This document shows, one piece after another, positions 8,274 through 17,943 of a DNA stretch of 64,000 nt. Where the stretch lies: assembly GCA_963838425.1 (NCBI GenBank), contig CAWIRH010000012.1, positions 26,955-90,954 on the forward strand, read 5' to 3'. How positions within the stretch are numbered: position 1 is the first letter of the stretch; each line of letters opens with the position of its first letter. Below the pieces are notes generated by a model. The model had not been told where the DNA came from and ran no database searches. It saw only the letters and a list, made by a program, of their open reading frames with translations. The stretch is from an uncultured Acidobacteriaceae bacterium (GTDB taxonomy: Bacteria; Acidobacteriota; Terriglobia; Terriglobales; Acidobacteriaceae). A program made the translations under genes and the position numbers.

Positions 8274-9504
8274 ATGAATATTACCGAGGCCATCAAGATC
8301 GCGTTTCTGTCGTTGTGGGCGAACAAACTGCGCTCTGCGCTCACCTTGCTCGGCGTGGTGATTGGAGTGGCCGCCGTGATTGCCGTGGTCACCTTCGTCA
8401 ACGGCATCAACGGCTACGTGGCGACGAAGATTTTCAATCTCGGCGCCGACGTTTTCATCGTCTTTAAAGTTTCACCGGCCGTCACCAACATCGATAAATT
8501 CCTCGATGGCGAAAAACGCAAAGATCTCACCATGGAGGACTACGAAGCCGTCCTCGAAGCCTGCAAGCATTGCGAATGGGTGGGGGCCTCGCTGCGCAAC
8601 GATAGCGGACACGTCAAGTATGGCGAGCAGTCCATCAGCGATACCACTGTCCGCGGGATGACGCCCTCCATGGTGCCGATTCTCGATATCGACCTCACCG
8701 CCGGGCGCATGATCAACGATATCGATGTGAGGAACAACTCCGCCGTCGTCGTGGTCGGGACCGGACATCGTGGATAACCTGATGCCCGGCATGGATCCCA
8801 TTAACAAGGAGATCCGTATCGACGGCTGGGTCTATCGCGTGGTCGGCGTCGGCAAACGCAAAGGCAAGACGCTGGGCCAGAGCATGGATAACTACGCGCT
8901 CATGCCGATCACCGCGTTTCAGAAACAGAATGGTTCCCACGAAAGTGTCCGCATCTCGGGCAAGGCCGCGGCCAGCGGCGCCGGATTCGAAGAAGCGATG
9001 GACGAAACGCGCGCCGTACTGCGCGCCCGCCGCCACGTCCACCCCGGCGACGAAGACAATTTCGACATTGAGACCAACGACAGCCTGCTGAGTATCTGGT
9101 CGAATTTCAGCGGTACGTTCTTTTACGCCATGATCGGAATCGCCGCCATCTCGCTGGTGGTGGGCGGCATCGTGATCATGAACATCATGCTGGTTTCGGT
9201 GACGGAGCGGACGCGGGAGATCGGCATCCGCAAGGCCATGGGCGCGCGCCGAAGCGACATCCTGCTGCAGTTTCTGATCGAGTCCGTCACCTTGGCCCTG
9301 CTCGGCGGCGCGATCGGCGTGCTGTTCGGCATTGTGTTCGCCAAGGGCGTCACGCTCGCCATCGGCATGCCCTCAAGCATCAAACTCTGGGCAATCGTGG
9401 CGGGAGTGTCGGTGGCGGCGAGCGTTGGTATTTTTTTTGGCGTGTATCCCGCGCGCCGCGCCGCTGTATTGGACCCAATCGCGGCGCTGCGATTTGAGAC
9501 GTGA
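8274..9504 (+). pseudogene. MacB-like ABC transporter permease (MacB_PCD + FtsX), interrupted by a +1 frameshift near 8763
   Basis: ORFs 8175..8777 and 8770..9504 are the two halves of one protein. Removing one G from ACCGGACATCGTGGATAAC gives ...VVVGTDIVDNLMPGMDPINKEIRIDG.... The likely start is MNITEAIK at 8274. Confidence 0.8.
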
Positions 9505-9552
9505 AGAAGTAGGTTTTCTCGGCGCACTCCGCGTCTCGGCGGTGAAAAAGTT

Positions 9553-10824
9553 GTGAGGGCAATGCAATTCAAAGGCGAACTCGGCGAAGGCCTGAACATG
9601 GCGGTGGACACGATCCGCAGCAACAAAATGCGATCGTCGCTGACCGTGCTTGGCATTGTGATTGGGGTGGCCGTCGTTATCGGAATTTCGTCGATTGTGC
9701 GCGGGCTGAACGACAACGTCAGCCAGGTCATCAGCAGCCTGGGTTCAAATATCATTTTTGCGTTCCACATGGAGCCCTTCAGCTTCGGACGTCCGACAGA
9801 AGAGATGCGCACCCGCAAGGAACTGACCTATGACGATGCCATGGCGATGCAGGATCTGCCGCACGTGAAAGCGGTCACCGCCGGCGTGCAGTATGTCCAT
9901 CCGGAATTTGGCACTGGAACCTACGCCGTCAAATACAAAGACCGCAAGGCCAAACAAACCATCCTGGAAGGCGACACCAGTTCCTACAAAGATGTCATTG
10001 ACGTTGCCCTCGACTCCGGCCGCTGGTTCAGCGATATCGATGAAGAGCGCCGCGCTTCCGTCATTATCATCGGCCACGATACCGCGGCAGAACTTTTCCC
10101 GAGTGAGCAGCCGATGGGCAAAGAACTGGACATTGAGGGGCAGTTGTTTACCGTGATCGGCGTCTTGAAAATCAGCAAGAGTGTGTTCGGCGGAGGAAAG
10201 AATCCCAATGACAACATCGTTTACTTTCCGCTGAGCACGTTCCGAAAGTTGCACCCAGAGCTGAAGCAGTACTGGATCAGCGTCAAGGCCACCTCGCACG
10301 CCGATATGCCCAAAGCCATCGACGAAATGCGCGAGTTGCTGCGCCGCCGCCGCAAGGTTCCGGCCGAAAAACCGGATAACTTCGCCATCTTCACCCAAGA
10401 TTCGATTTCCGACGTGTGGAATCAGATCACGAGCATGATCTTCATCTTCATGTTTGCGGTCTCGAGTGTGGGCTTGATCGTGGGTGGCGTGGGCGTGATG
10501 AACATCATGCTGGTTTCAGTGACCGAGCGCACGCGTGAAATCGGAGTGCGCAAAGCCATGGGCGCCCGCAAGCGCGACATTCTCGTGCAATTCACGCTTG
10601 AGGCCGTGATGCTTACGGCGGTGGGCGGAGTGATCGGGCTCTTGCTGGGCGCCCTCATTACTGCGATCATTCCGATTGCGTTTCCATCGCTTCCGGCCAC
10701 CATGTCGGTGGACTGGTCGATCTTCGCCTTTGCCGCCTCGGCCGCGGTGGGACTGATCTTTGGCATCTATCCCGCGTGGAAGGCGGCCAACCTCGATCCG
10801 ATCGAGTCGCTGCGCTACGAGTAA
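9553..10824 (+). CDS. MacB-like ABC transporter permease (MacB_PCD + FtsX), intact paralogue
   Basis: 423 aa. The N-terminal TM is [18 protein letters not shown] and the C-terminal FtsX block is [29 protein letters not shown]. No ATPase gene is adjacent. Confidence 0.85.
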   Translation: MRAMQFKGELGEGLNMAVDTIRSNKMRSSLTVLGIVIGVAVVIGISSIVRGLNDNVSQVISSLGSNIIFAFHMEPFSFGRPTEEMRTRKELTYDDAMAMQDLPHVKAVTAGVQYVHPEFGTGTYAVKYKDRKAKQTILEGDTSSYKDVIDVALDSGRWFSDIDEERRASVIIIGHDTAAELFPSEQPMGKELDIEGQLFTVIGVLKISKSVFGGGKNPNDNIVYFPLSTFRKLHPELKQYWISVKATSHADMPKAIDEMRELLRRRRKVPAEKPDNFAIFTQDSISDVWNQITSMIFIFMFAVSSVGLIVGGVGVMNIMLVSVTERTREIGVRKAMGARKRDILVQFTLEAVMLTAVGGVIGLLLGALITAIIPIAFPSLPATMSVDWSIFAFAASAAVGLIFGIYPAWKAANLDPIESLRYE

Positions 10825-10825
10825 C

Positions 10826-12040
10826 ATGCTACTCATGCCGCCACTGACAGCAAGAGTCTTACTCGAAGCTGTGGCTGCGATTGGAACTACCTGCAGCTTG
10901 TTTTTCTATTTTCTCTCCGCGCTCTCGCTGGCGAGTTTCCTCGGCGACAAGCGCAAGAAACTGAAGCAGGTTTTGCTGCTGGAAAGCCGGCTCCCTCCGG
11001 TTTCTATCCTCAAGCCGTTGAAAGGTGTCGATCCCGAGATATGGGAGAGCTTTTGCAGTCACTGCGAACAGGACTATCCCGAATTTCAATTGGTCTTCGG
11101 GGTCAGCGATCCCGGCGATCCTGCCATCGAGGTGGTGCGCAAGCTTCAGGCAAAATATCCGAACCTTCCGATTGAGCTGATGGTGTGCGATCGCGTTCTG
11201 GGAGCAAATATCAAAGTCAGCAATCTAGTGCAGATGCTGCCCAGGGCACGTCACGAACTACTGCTGGTGAATGACAGCGACATCCGCGTTCCTTCGGATT
11301 ATTTGCGGAAGGTGATCGCGCCGCTCGCCGACGCTGCTGTGGGACTGGCGACCTGCCTGTATCGCGGCGTTGCCGGCCCGACTCTCGGCTCGCGCCTCGA
11401 AGCATTGGGCATCAGCACCGATTTTGTGCCTGGGGTTCTGAGCGCGAGGTTTCTCGAAAAGGGATTGCACTTCGGATTGGGCTCTACGCTGGCGTTTCGC
11501 CGCCGCGACCTCGAAGCCATCGGCGGCTTCGAAACATTACTCGACTATCTGGCCGACGACTATGAACTCGGACGACGCATCGCTGCGACCGGAAAGCGTG
11601 TCGAGCTCAGCGCCACGAACGTCGTCACATTTCTGCCGGCCTACACACTGGGGCAGTTTTTCCGCCATCAACTGCGATGGTCGCGGACTATTCGGGATGC
11701 TCGCCGTTGGGGATACGCCGGACTGCTGTTCACCTTCGGCCTGCCGTGGGCATTGCTGACGCTGCTAGCGGCCCAGGGGGCTGCGTGGGCGTGGGCACTA
11801 TTTGCGCTTACGTTCGCCGCGCGACTGGGCGTGGGGCTTGTCGCTGCGGTAGGCGTGCTCCACGACCGCCAGATGTTCCGCAACATTTTCTTGCTGCCGC
11901 TGCGAGACCTGATTGCGCCGTTCGTGTGGGCCGCAGGTTTTATGGGTAACCGCATCCACTGGCGAGGCGATGTCTTCGATCTGAAAGACGGACGCCTGAC
12001 TATCGTGAAGCCGACGCCATTGGCTGGTTGGAAAAAATAG
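10826..12040 (+). CDS. Family-2/21 glycosyltransferase (ceramide glucosyltransferase / HpnI-like)
   Basis: VSILKPLKGVDPE...LLLVNDSDIRV...LADDYELG...QLRWSRT motifs. The ATG at 10826 lies 1 nt after the upstream stop. Confidence 0.75.
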   Translation: MLLMPPLTARVLLEAVAAIGTTCSLFFYFLSALSLASFLGDKRKKLKQVLLLESRLPPVSILKPLKGVDPEIWESFCSHCEQDYPEFQLVFGVSDPGDPAIEVVRKLQAKYPNLPIELMVCDRVLGANIKVSNLVQMLPRARHELLLVNDSDIRVPSDYLRKVIAPLADAAVGLATCLYRGVAGPTLGSRLEALGISTDFVPGVLSARFLEKGLHFGLGSTLAFRRRDLEAIGGFETLLDYLADDYELGRRIAATGKRVELSATNVVTFLPAYTLGQFFRHQLRWSRTIRDARRWGYAGLLFTFGLPWALLTLLAAQGAAWAWALFALTFAARLGVGLVAAVGVLHDRQMFRNIFLLPLRDLIAPFVWAAGFMGNRIHWRGDVFDLKDGRLTIVKPTPLAGWKK

Positions 12041-13928
12041 TCTTGCCTCCGCGGCGCGCGACTACGTAGCTCGTCAATCCGCGCAACGCCGGCGGATCTT
12101 CCTGATCGGTCCAGAAGAAAACGCGCTGTGGGCCATTCCACATTTCGAGGAACGACGCCTGCGTCTCGAAAACCCGCGGCGCGTCCGGAAACTGCGTGCC
12201 GTACCACATGTTTCCGCCCGGCGCGTGCAGACTGTGCAGCGGCAGCCCGGTGTAGAAATTCAGCGTGGACGCGTTTTCATACAGCCCACCGACAACGATC
12301 TGATCACCCGGACGGTACTGCTCGCGAATCGCCATCGCCAGATCTTTCGACGAGAGAATCGGAGAGAAGATGCCGAACGCAATGCGCACACACGCGAGCA
12401 CCACCACCATCATCGCCGCCAGGGCAATATTCCCCGCTCCCGCCTGCGCGCGACGCCGCAGAATCCAGTTGGCGAGCGTTCCCAGCAGAAACGCGAGCGA
12501 GAATCCGAACAGCGGCACGCGGAATGCTCCCATCGCCTGCGGGGTTAAATCCAGAAAGTGCCCAAACGAGAGCGCGTAGTCCTGCGGATTTTTTCGCAGC
12601 AGATCCGACAGATCGGTGCCCGGAGCCGGCGCCTTCGAAAACAAGAGCAAGGCAAAGCCAACCACAGCGATGATGACTCCGACTGCCAGCAACACCGCCG
12701 ACGAAATCCGCCCGTTGCGCCGTTCGCGACTATCCGCAGTAGATGCTCTCTCTCGTTGCAGCCATCCGCCGACCAGCAAGGCCATCCCCGGAATCGCCGG
12801 AATCGTGTAGTATTCCTGCCGCGTCGAGAGGCTGAAGAAGCCCACGATTACCACGTTCCACAAGAAAAATAGAAGATATGCTCGCTGGCGGCGCGTCATC
12901 TGCGCGCGGAAGTCGCGCCACCGCCGCGGCACTTCTTGCAGCGACTGCGGAAGAAACGCGGTCCAGGGAATCAGCCACAAAACCAGCAACGCCCAGAACA
13001 GCAGCAGCGGAACCGTGTCGTAGTCGCGCGGCACGCGCTTGTTCAGGAAGCGCAAAATGTGCTCATTGACGAAGTAGAACCAGAGAAATCCGCGGACCCG
13101 GCCCTGCGCCGGATTGCGCAGCGCGGCCAGAATGTGCCACGGCGCAGCGATCGCGAAAAACACCAGCGTGATCGAGAGCAAACGCAGCTTCAGCAAGTGC
13201 CGCAAATTTCCGGTCAGCAGCAGATAAAGCCCGATCGCTCCCGCTGGAAACACCAGTCCGATCAGTCCCTTGGTGAGCACGTTGAGCGCGCATACGGCGG
13301 CTAATCCCCAACAGATCCAGCGCGCGGGCTTCTGTTGTTCCAGCGACACCAGAAAAAGCCAGAACGTCAGCGTCAGCCACAGACCGACGGCCACATCCGG
13401 AATCAGAAAGCGCGTAAAGAGAAACGGTCCGAGCGCGGTCGCGAGCACCAGCCCGGAATCGAATCCGCCTTCGCTGCCCAAGGCCCAGCGTCCCAACCCG
13501 TACGTGGAGAGAATCATGGCCAGCACGATCAGCATGAGCGGAAAGCGCGTGCTCCACTCGCTGACGCCGAACAACGTGTAGCTCGCAGCCACGCTCCAAT
13601 ACATCAGCGGAGCTTTTTCCAGGTAGCGAATGCCGTTGACGTAGAGCGTGACCCAGTCGTGCCGCTGCAGCATTTCGCGCGCCGCCTCGGCGTGCACCGT
13701 GTCGGCATCGTCGAGCAAGGCAGGCCGGGAGAGTCCGGCCATGTAGATGACGGCCCACAACGCAATCAATACCAGCAGGGAAATGCGCCAGTCCGCGATT
13801 AGCCGGTTCGGACGGGTCGTTGTCGGGTGGGTCGCTGTGGGATGGATCGTTGTCGGATGGATCGTGCTCTTAATGGTTGGCGAATCGGGATTGGGCGTAG
13901 CGCCGGAATTCATCGCGGAATTCTTCAT
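12000..13928 (-). CDS. GT-C membrane glycosyltransferase, family 39/83 (ArnT/PMT-like)
   Basis: 642 aa and polytopic. The N-terminal loop is LLDDADTVHAEAAREMLQRHDWVTLYVNGIRYLEKAPLMYW. Its 3' end overlaps the convergent GT2 gene by 41 nt. Confidence 0.8.
   Translation of the reverse strand: MKNSAMNSGATPNPDSPTIKSTIHPTTIHPTATHPTTTRPNRLIADWRISLLVLIALWAVIYMAGLSRPALLDDADTVHAEAAREMLQRHDWVTLYVNGIRYLEKAPLMYWSVAASYTLFGVSEWSTRFPLMLIVLAMILSTYGLGRWALGSEGGFDSGLVLATALGPFLFTRFLIPDVAVGLWLTLTFWLFLVSLEQQKPARWICWGLAAVCALNVLTKGLIGLVFPAGAIGLYLLLTGNLRHLLKLRLLSITLVFFAIAAPWHILAALRNPAQGRVRGFLWFYFVNEHILRFLNKRVPRDYDTVPLLLFWALLVLWLIPWTAFLPQSLQEVPRRWRDFRAQMTRRQRAYLLFFLWNVVIVGFFSLSTRQEYYTIPAIPGMALLVGGWLQRERASTADSRERRNGRISSAVLLAVGVIIAVVGFALLLFSKAPAPGTDLSDLLRKNPQDYALSFGHFLDLTPQAMGAFRVPLFGFSLAFLLGTLANWILRRRAQAGAGNIALAAMMVVVLACVRIAFGIFSPILSSKDLAMAIREQYRPGDQIVVGGLYENASTLNFYTGLPLHSLHAPGGNMWYGTQFPDAPRVFETQASFLEMWNGPQRVFFWTDQEDPPALRGLTSYVVARRGGKTIFSNQPMASASR
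13810..13869. repeat. 4 x 15-nt tandem repeat (GGRYGGRTCGYTGTS) encoding pentapeptide repeats TIHPT/ATHPT/TTRPN
   Basis: Units start at 13810, 13825, 13840 and 13855, inside the N-terminal tail of the GT39-like protein. Confidence 0.8.
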
Positions 13929-13949
13929 TATACGGGAGGAAGAACGGCC

Positions 13950-15110
13950 TCAGTCCGCGGCGGCGCCGCGGGAAACACGGGCGTCCGCCACTTCGCGGTA
14001 GATCTCAAGGATTCTCGACACCGACGCAGTCCAGGAGAAGCGCTGCGCTTGTTCGTAACCGCGTTGTTTCATGCGCTCGCGCAAGGCCGGATCAAGCAGC
14101 GCGCGCTGCAAACCTCGCCGGATCTCAAACACGTTTTCCGGATTCACCAGCAACGCCGCGTTCCCGACAACTTCCGGCAGGCTCGAAGTGTTCGAAGCGA
14201 CCACCGGAGTTCCGTGGGCCATGGCTTCGAGTGGCGGCAATCCAAATCCTTCGTAGAGCGATGGAAACACAAAAATCTTGGCGACATCATAAAAAATGCG
14301 CAGCACTTCGATGGGCACGAAACCGAGGAAACGCACGTCGTTCTGCACACCGCTGCGCACCACAGTGCGCCGTAGGCGCGGATGGCTCGAAAGATCGTCC
14401 CCGATAATGATGAGCTTGAGGTCCGGGAACTGCTGCTCTTTCTGCAATTCGCTCTTCAGCGCCGAAAACGCTTCGATGATGCGCACTACATTCTTGTGCG
14501 GCCGAATCGCGCCCGCATACAGGATGAACGGATAGTTCACCAGGTAGCGTTGGGCAATCAGTTCGCGATCGGCTGCGGTGGCATGGCCGTGCAGAAAACG
14601 CTCGTCAATCGCGTTGTAGACCACCTCGATGCGCGCGTCCGGAATGGCGAACAGCTTTTCGATTTCGTTCCTGGTGAATTGCGACACGGCGATCACCCGC
14701 GCCGCCCTGCGCAACACGCGCCGCGTCAGGTAAAAGTGCAGGCTGCGCCGCAAACTGGAAAGGTCGCGCGATCCATACATGTGCTCCGACAGGTCGTGCA
14801 CGGTTAAAACATACGGACAGCTCAGCCCGCACGGAATCCAGAACAGGTGCGGGACGTGAACCAGGTCGCAACCGAGGCGCCGCACGATGGCCCGGAAATC
14901 GAGGGTCCCTTTGAGCGTGTTATCGCCGCCGTCGAGCGTCACGGCGTGGAAGTTCGGCGGCAGCGAGCCACACTCCGCGACCTTGTCCGGCGATCCGATG
15001 AGGAAATACTTGCTGTCGCGGTCCAGGCGCGCCAGCGTGCGGACCACATTCCGAATGTAGGTGCCAATCCCGAATTCCGTCATGCGACGGATGTCGATGG
15101 CTACTTTCAC
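13950..15110 (-). CDS. Family-4 (GT-B, Glycos_transf_1) glycosyltransferase
   Basis: 386 aa. The C-terminal block is [36 protein letters not shown]. Confidence 0.85.
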   Translation of the reverse strand: MKVAIDIRRMTEFGIGTYIRNVVRTLARLDRDSKYFLIGSPDKVAECGSLPPNFHAVTLDGGDNTLKGTLDFRAIVRRLGCDLVHVPHLFWIPCGLSCPYVLTVHDLSEHMYGSRDLSSLRRSLHFYLTRRVLRRAARVIAVSQFTRNEIEKLFAIPDARIEVVYNAIDERFLHGHATAADRELIAQRYLVNYPFILYAGAIRPHKNVVRIIEAFSALKSELQKEQQFPDLKLIIIGDDLSSHPRLRRTVVRSGVQNDVRFLGFVPIEVLRIFYDVAKIFVFPSLYEGFGLPPLEAMAHGTPVVASNTSSLPEVVGNAALLVNPENVFEIRRGLQRALLDPALRERMKQRGYEQAQRFSWTASVSRILEIYREVADARVSRGAAAD

Positions 15111-15205
15111 AACCTGAATTTAACCACAGGGGGCAGGGAGGGCGCAGGGAATTCGCCAGACCTTTGTCGGCAGACCTTTGTCGCCCGACCCTGGCCGGGA
15201 GAGAC

Positions 15206-15231
15206 AAAAAAGCGGCCCCTTTCGGGGCCGC
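15206..15231 (-). terminator. Rho-independent terminator (GCGGCCCC-GAAA-GGGGCCGC followed by UUUUUU on the minus strand)
   Basis: Perfect 8-bp GC stem with a T6 tract, read directly. Confidence 0.75.
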
Positions 15232-15589
15232 CCTTTTCAAAGAGGCTAAGTGGCGGGAAGCAGAGGAAAACTAGTTTGGCGGCCGCTCCGGGAACAGGAA
15301 CGGACAGAGTGAGATGTCGAGAACATCGAGAGTGAAGTTGTTCAAACGGTTGCGGCCTCTTTCGTACCGTGGGAGTGAGCATTTGCGGAACCAAAATCGT
15401 AACTGGGTTAGAGGGGGGCGTGCCATTTTGGGAACCTGTTCAAAATCAGGATTTTAGGGTAAATCACTTAGGGAAAGACATGGTGGCGGATCACACGGCA
15501 ATGTGGGGCTGGCTGCACAAAGCTGCACATTGATAGAAGTCAAGGTGTAAGCGGGGCAAGCCCGGTCGCGACGCAACGTACTTTCCCCC

Positions 15590-15615
15590 AAACAAAGCCC
15601 CCTCGAAAGGGGGCT
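15590..15615 (-). terminator. Terminator-like hairpin after the gvpL/F-like gene (AGCCCCC-UUUCG-AGGGGGCU followed by UUGUUU)
   Basis: Lies 25 nt downstream of the stop at 15640. Confidence 0.6.
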
Positions 15616-15639
15616 TGGGACAAGGATCGGTACGGGATT

Positions 15640-16383
15640 TTAGCTGTCGCCGGCTACGGTGCGCACCTTCCCGGGCAGGAAATGGTAGGGCGGCCAGGGA
15701 CCGGTCACAACCATCTGGCAGTCCTTGAGTTGTTTGGCGGCGGTGTTGTAACGGTTCTGATATTTTTCGATCGACTTGGTATCGATGAGGTGAGCGATAT
15801 CGAGCAGCATTCCGTCGGCGTCGACCCGCTTACAGCTGATTTCTTCCTCGAGGGGGTTGAAGAGTTTGTGCACCTGGACGGAAAGGGCGCGGGCTTTGGT
15901 CTGGCGTTCGCGCTCGCGGGATGCCTTCTCGCGAAGCTTGATAAGGTATTCGCGGCCGACGGTATCGGGCAGGACAATCTCTTCCAGATCGCGGAGAGAT
16001 CCGTCGCGGACCATCAGCTTAATACGCATTTCGGACTTGCCGCGAAGGCGGGCCACGCTCTCACAGAAAGTGCGGCGGTTGGAACGAACCGCCTGGCGAA
16101 TGGCATCTTCGGTGTCGAAAATCGTACCGAAGCGGAAGGGTAAGACGGTGGCGGTTCGGAAGCTCCGGCTGACCACGCGGGCATGCTCGAGAACCGACTT
16201 TTCGTCGAGTTTGGAGGTTGCGCGGTCATATTCACTGACGATAACCGCGAATTCTCCACTGGGGTAGCTCATGACGGGAGCGGAGTTCACACCCTGAATT
16301 CCATCGAGAAGGAAGGGACGGCGGGCGCGAACACCGTTGGCGAGGGTCGGGTGTTCCGTGAGGCAGTACGCGTACCACGACAT
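15640..16383 (-). CDS. GvpL/GvpF-family protein (orphan gas-vesicle-protein homologue)
   Basis: 247 aa. MSWYAYCL..., VLPFRFGTIF and C-terminal TGPWPPYHF are the family hallmarks as I recall them. Confidence 0.7.
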   Translation of the reverse strand: MSWYAYCLTEHPTLANGVRARRPFLLDGIQGVNSAPVMSYPSGEFAVIVSEYDRATSKLDEKSVLEHARVVSRSFRTATVLPFRFGTIFDTEDAIRQAVRSNRRTFCESVARLRGKSEMRIKLMVRDGSLRDLEEIVLPDTVGREYLIKLREKASRERERQTKARALSVQVHKLFNPLEEEISCKRVDADGMLLDIAHLIDTKSIEKYQNRYNTAAKQLKDCQMVVTGPWPPYHFLPGKVRTVAGDS

Positions 16384-16509
16384 GCATTCTCTCCGAATTG
16401 CACCGGGGCTTGGGCACCCCTTTAGATTGTTGAACTAGGGCTGCGTTTCTACCTGGAAGTTGTCTGTTTTTTGGAACAAGATGAACGCGAAAAGCTGCGT
16501 CCAAGGCTT

Positions 16510-16538
16510 ATATTACTTCGGTTCCGTCTTATTTGCAA
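16510..16538 (-). promoter_or_regulatory. Candidate sigma-70 promoter TTGCAA-N17-TAATAT for the gvpL/F-like gene
   Basis: Read on the minus strand, about 120 nt upstream of the start codon. Confidence 0.35.
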
Positions 16539-16668
16539 CCTTTCTTACGATAAGTGCATCGCCGATTCGTCTCAATTTGCTACAAGGGCGGTCTTGGCGC
16601 GCTAGCAAAGGGGCTTGCGCTGCACCGAGCGCGTCCCAGTGTTTCCGCGAGTGACAACTTGTGCTCAT

Positions 16669-16811
16669 ACAAGCTGCGGAAAAATTCGTCGAGAGAGCAA
16701 AAAGCTCACCTCAGGCGCTGAAGCGCGGACACATTTTCAACGATTTACGGCACGAGTAAACTCGTGCCCTTCCCCAGAATCTGCTTGCATGAGAGTTTTT
16801 CCGCAGCCTGT
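16669..16811. repeat. MITE-like element, family A (143 bp, TIRs ACAAGCTGCGGAAAAATTC / GAGTTTTTCCGCAGCCTGT)
   Basis: Shares TIRs, length and internal hairpin modules with 34717..34858 and 39559..39699. Confidence 0.75.
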
Positions 16812-16860
16812 ATAGCCCTTTCCGCTCGCCTGTTCTCGATTTCGGCTGGTTAGCGCGGGT

Positions 16861-17469
16861 TCAGATTACATATTGCCGCTTTCGCTGGCGGTTTTGGCGA
16901 GGACGATTCCGCATTTGTGGCGCGGGCTGATAACAGGCGTGGATGGTTCCGGGCGGAAGGTCTTCGCCGCTGCGCTTGCCGTCTTCGTTGGTTTGGGTTG
17001 AGGCGTTGACTGGGCCAGTTACTTGATTGCCATTTGCGGGTTGCGCGCTTGCTGGTGTTCCGCGGGCGATCTCGTCGTCACGGACAGCCATGTGAGTTTC
17101 CGATTCCGAATCCGTTTCGAGATCAATGACAACCTGCTCCGGTTGCGGCTTTTCGAGTTCCATGCGCTTGAGATTCGAAGAGGCGATCTGGAGCGCGTAG
17201 AGCAGGAGGCTGGCGGTTTTCCGTTCGAGTCTTTTTTGCAGGACCATCTGCACGACCTGGCGAAGGACGGTCTGAATGGAGTGCGCGTCTTCAAAATAGG
17301 GCAAGGTGATTTCGCCGGTTGCGTAGGGTCCGTCGAAGTAACATTCGACGGGCAGGGGACGATCCTGTTGATGATAGAAACAGAAATCCTTGTGGCGGAG
17401 AGCGGGCGAGCCGCATTGGGTTCCGTTGACCTTGATGTGGCGGCAACGAGGTGCTGCAAAGGATGACAT
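16861..17469 (-). CDS. Hypothetical protein with an N-terminal Cys-rich (C-x10-C-x11-C-x2-H) motif
   Basis: ATG at 17469 after AGGAG. The protein begins MSSFAAPRCRHIKVNGTQCGSPALRHKDFCFYHQQ. The rest is low complexity. Confidence 0.6.
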   Translation of the reverse strand: MSSFAAPRCRHIKVNGTQCGSPALRHKDFCFYHQQDRPLPVECYFDGPYATGEITLPYFEDAHSIQTVLRQVVQMVLQKRLERKTASLLLYALQIASSNLKRMELEKPQPEQVVIDLETDSESETHMAVRDDEIARGTPASAQPANGNQVTGPVNASTQTNEDGKRSGEDLPPGTIHACYQPAPQMRNRPRQNRQRKRQYVI

Positions 17470-17847
17470 AGTTACTCCTGGGTTATTGGCTGCGATCTGT
17501 TGGCTGGCTGGGCCCAGGTTAGCGCCCAAAGAGCGGGCGCGAACCTGGGGCACCGCCGAGGTTAGTAAGGGGTACCCCCCTGTGGGTCGGTATATTAGAA
17601 TCATCGACTTAGCTTCAGGCTTTGCGGCAAAGTCTTGAAAGGAAGATAGTTATAGGTAAAGTCTTGATTCTGCATGGGTTGGTGGAGATTACATCCTTCC
17701 CTGCCGGATAGGTCACGGCTGGCGCGGAGTTATCAGTGGATAGGCCGCGCATATCTTGTGTGTTTTGCTTTTACTTCTATTATACGGTGGGTTGTCAAGT
17801 GTTATTAGCAGAAAAAAGTCAAAGGACCCGCCCAAGCGGAGCTTCCA

Positions 17848-17878
17848 CCCCATCACGCGAAAACCGCGCGTGATGGGG
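17848..17878. repeat. 12-bp perfect hairpin CCCCATCACGCG-loop-CGCGTGATGGGG
   Basis: Read directly. It resembles REP-like hairpins common in acidobacterial intergenic DNA (from memory). Confidence 0.5.
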
Positions 17879-17943
17879 ACCCCGGCTTGGACGGGACACC
17901 CTCCAGAGTCGACTAGACGCGCGATAGGCAGGGGCACCCGCCA

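Noticed and set aside
15107-15394. 95-aa minus-strand ORF in the GT4 / gvpL spacer
   Set aside because: It reads straight through a strong rho-independent terminator hairpin and has no RBS or recognisable composition.
15640-17469. A gas-vesicle gene cluster
   Set aside because: Only a GvpL/F homologue is present. No small hydrophobic GvpA/J-like ORF or GvpN-type ATPase is visible nearby, so I report it as an orphan.
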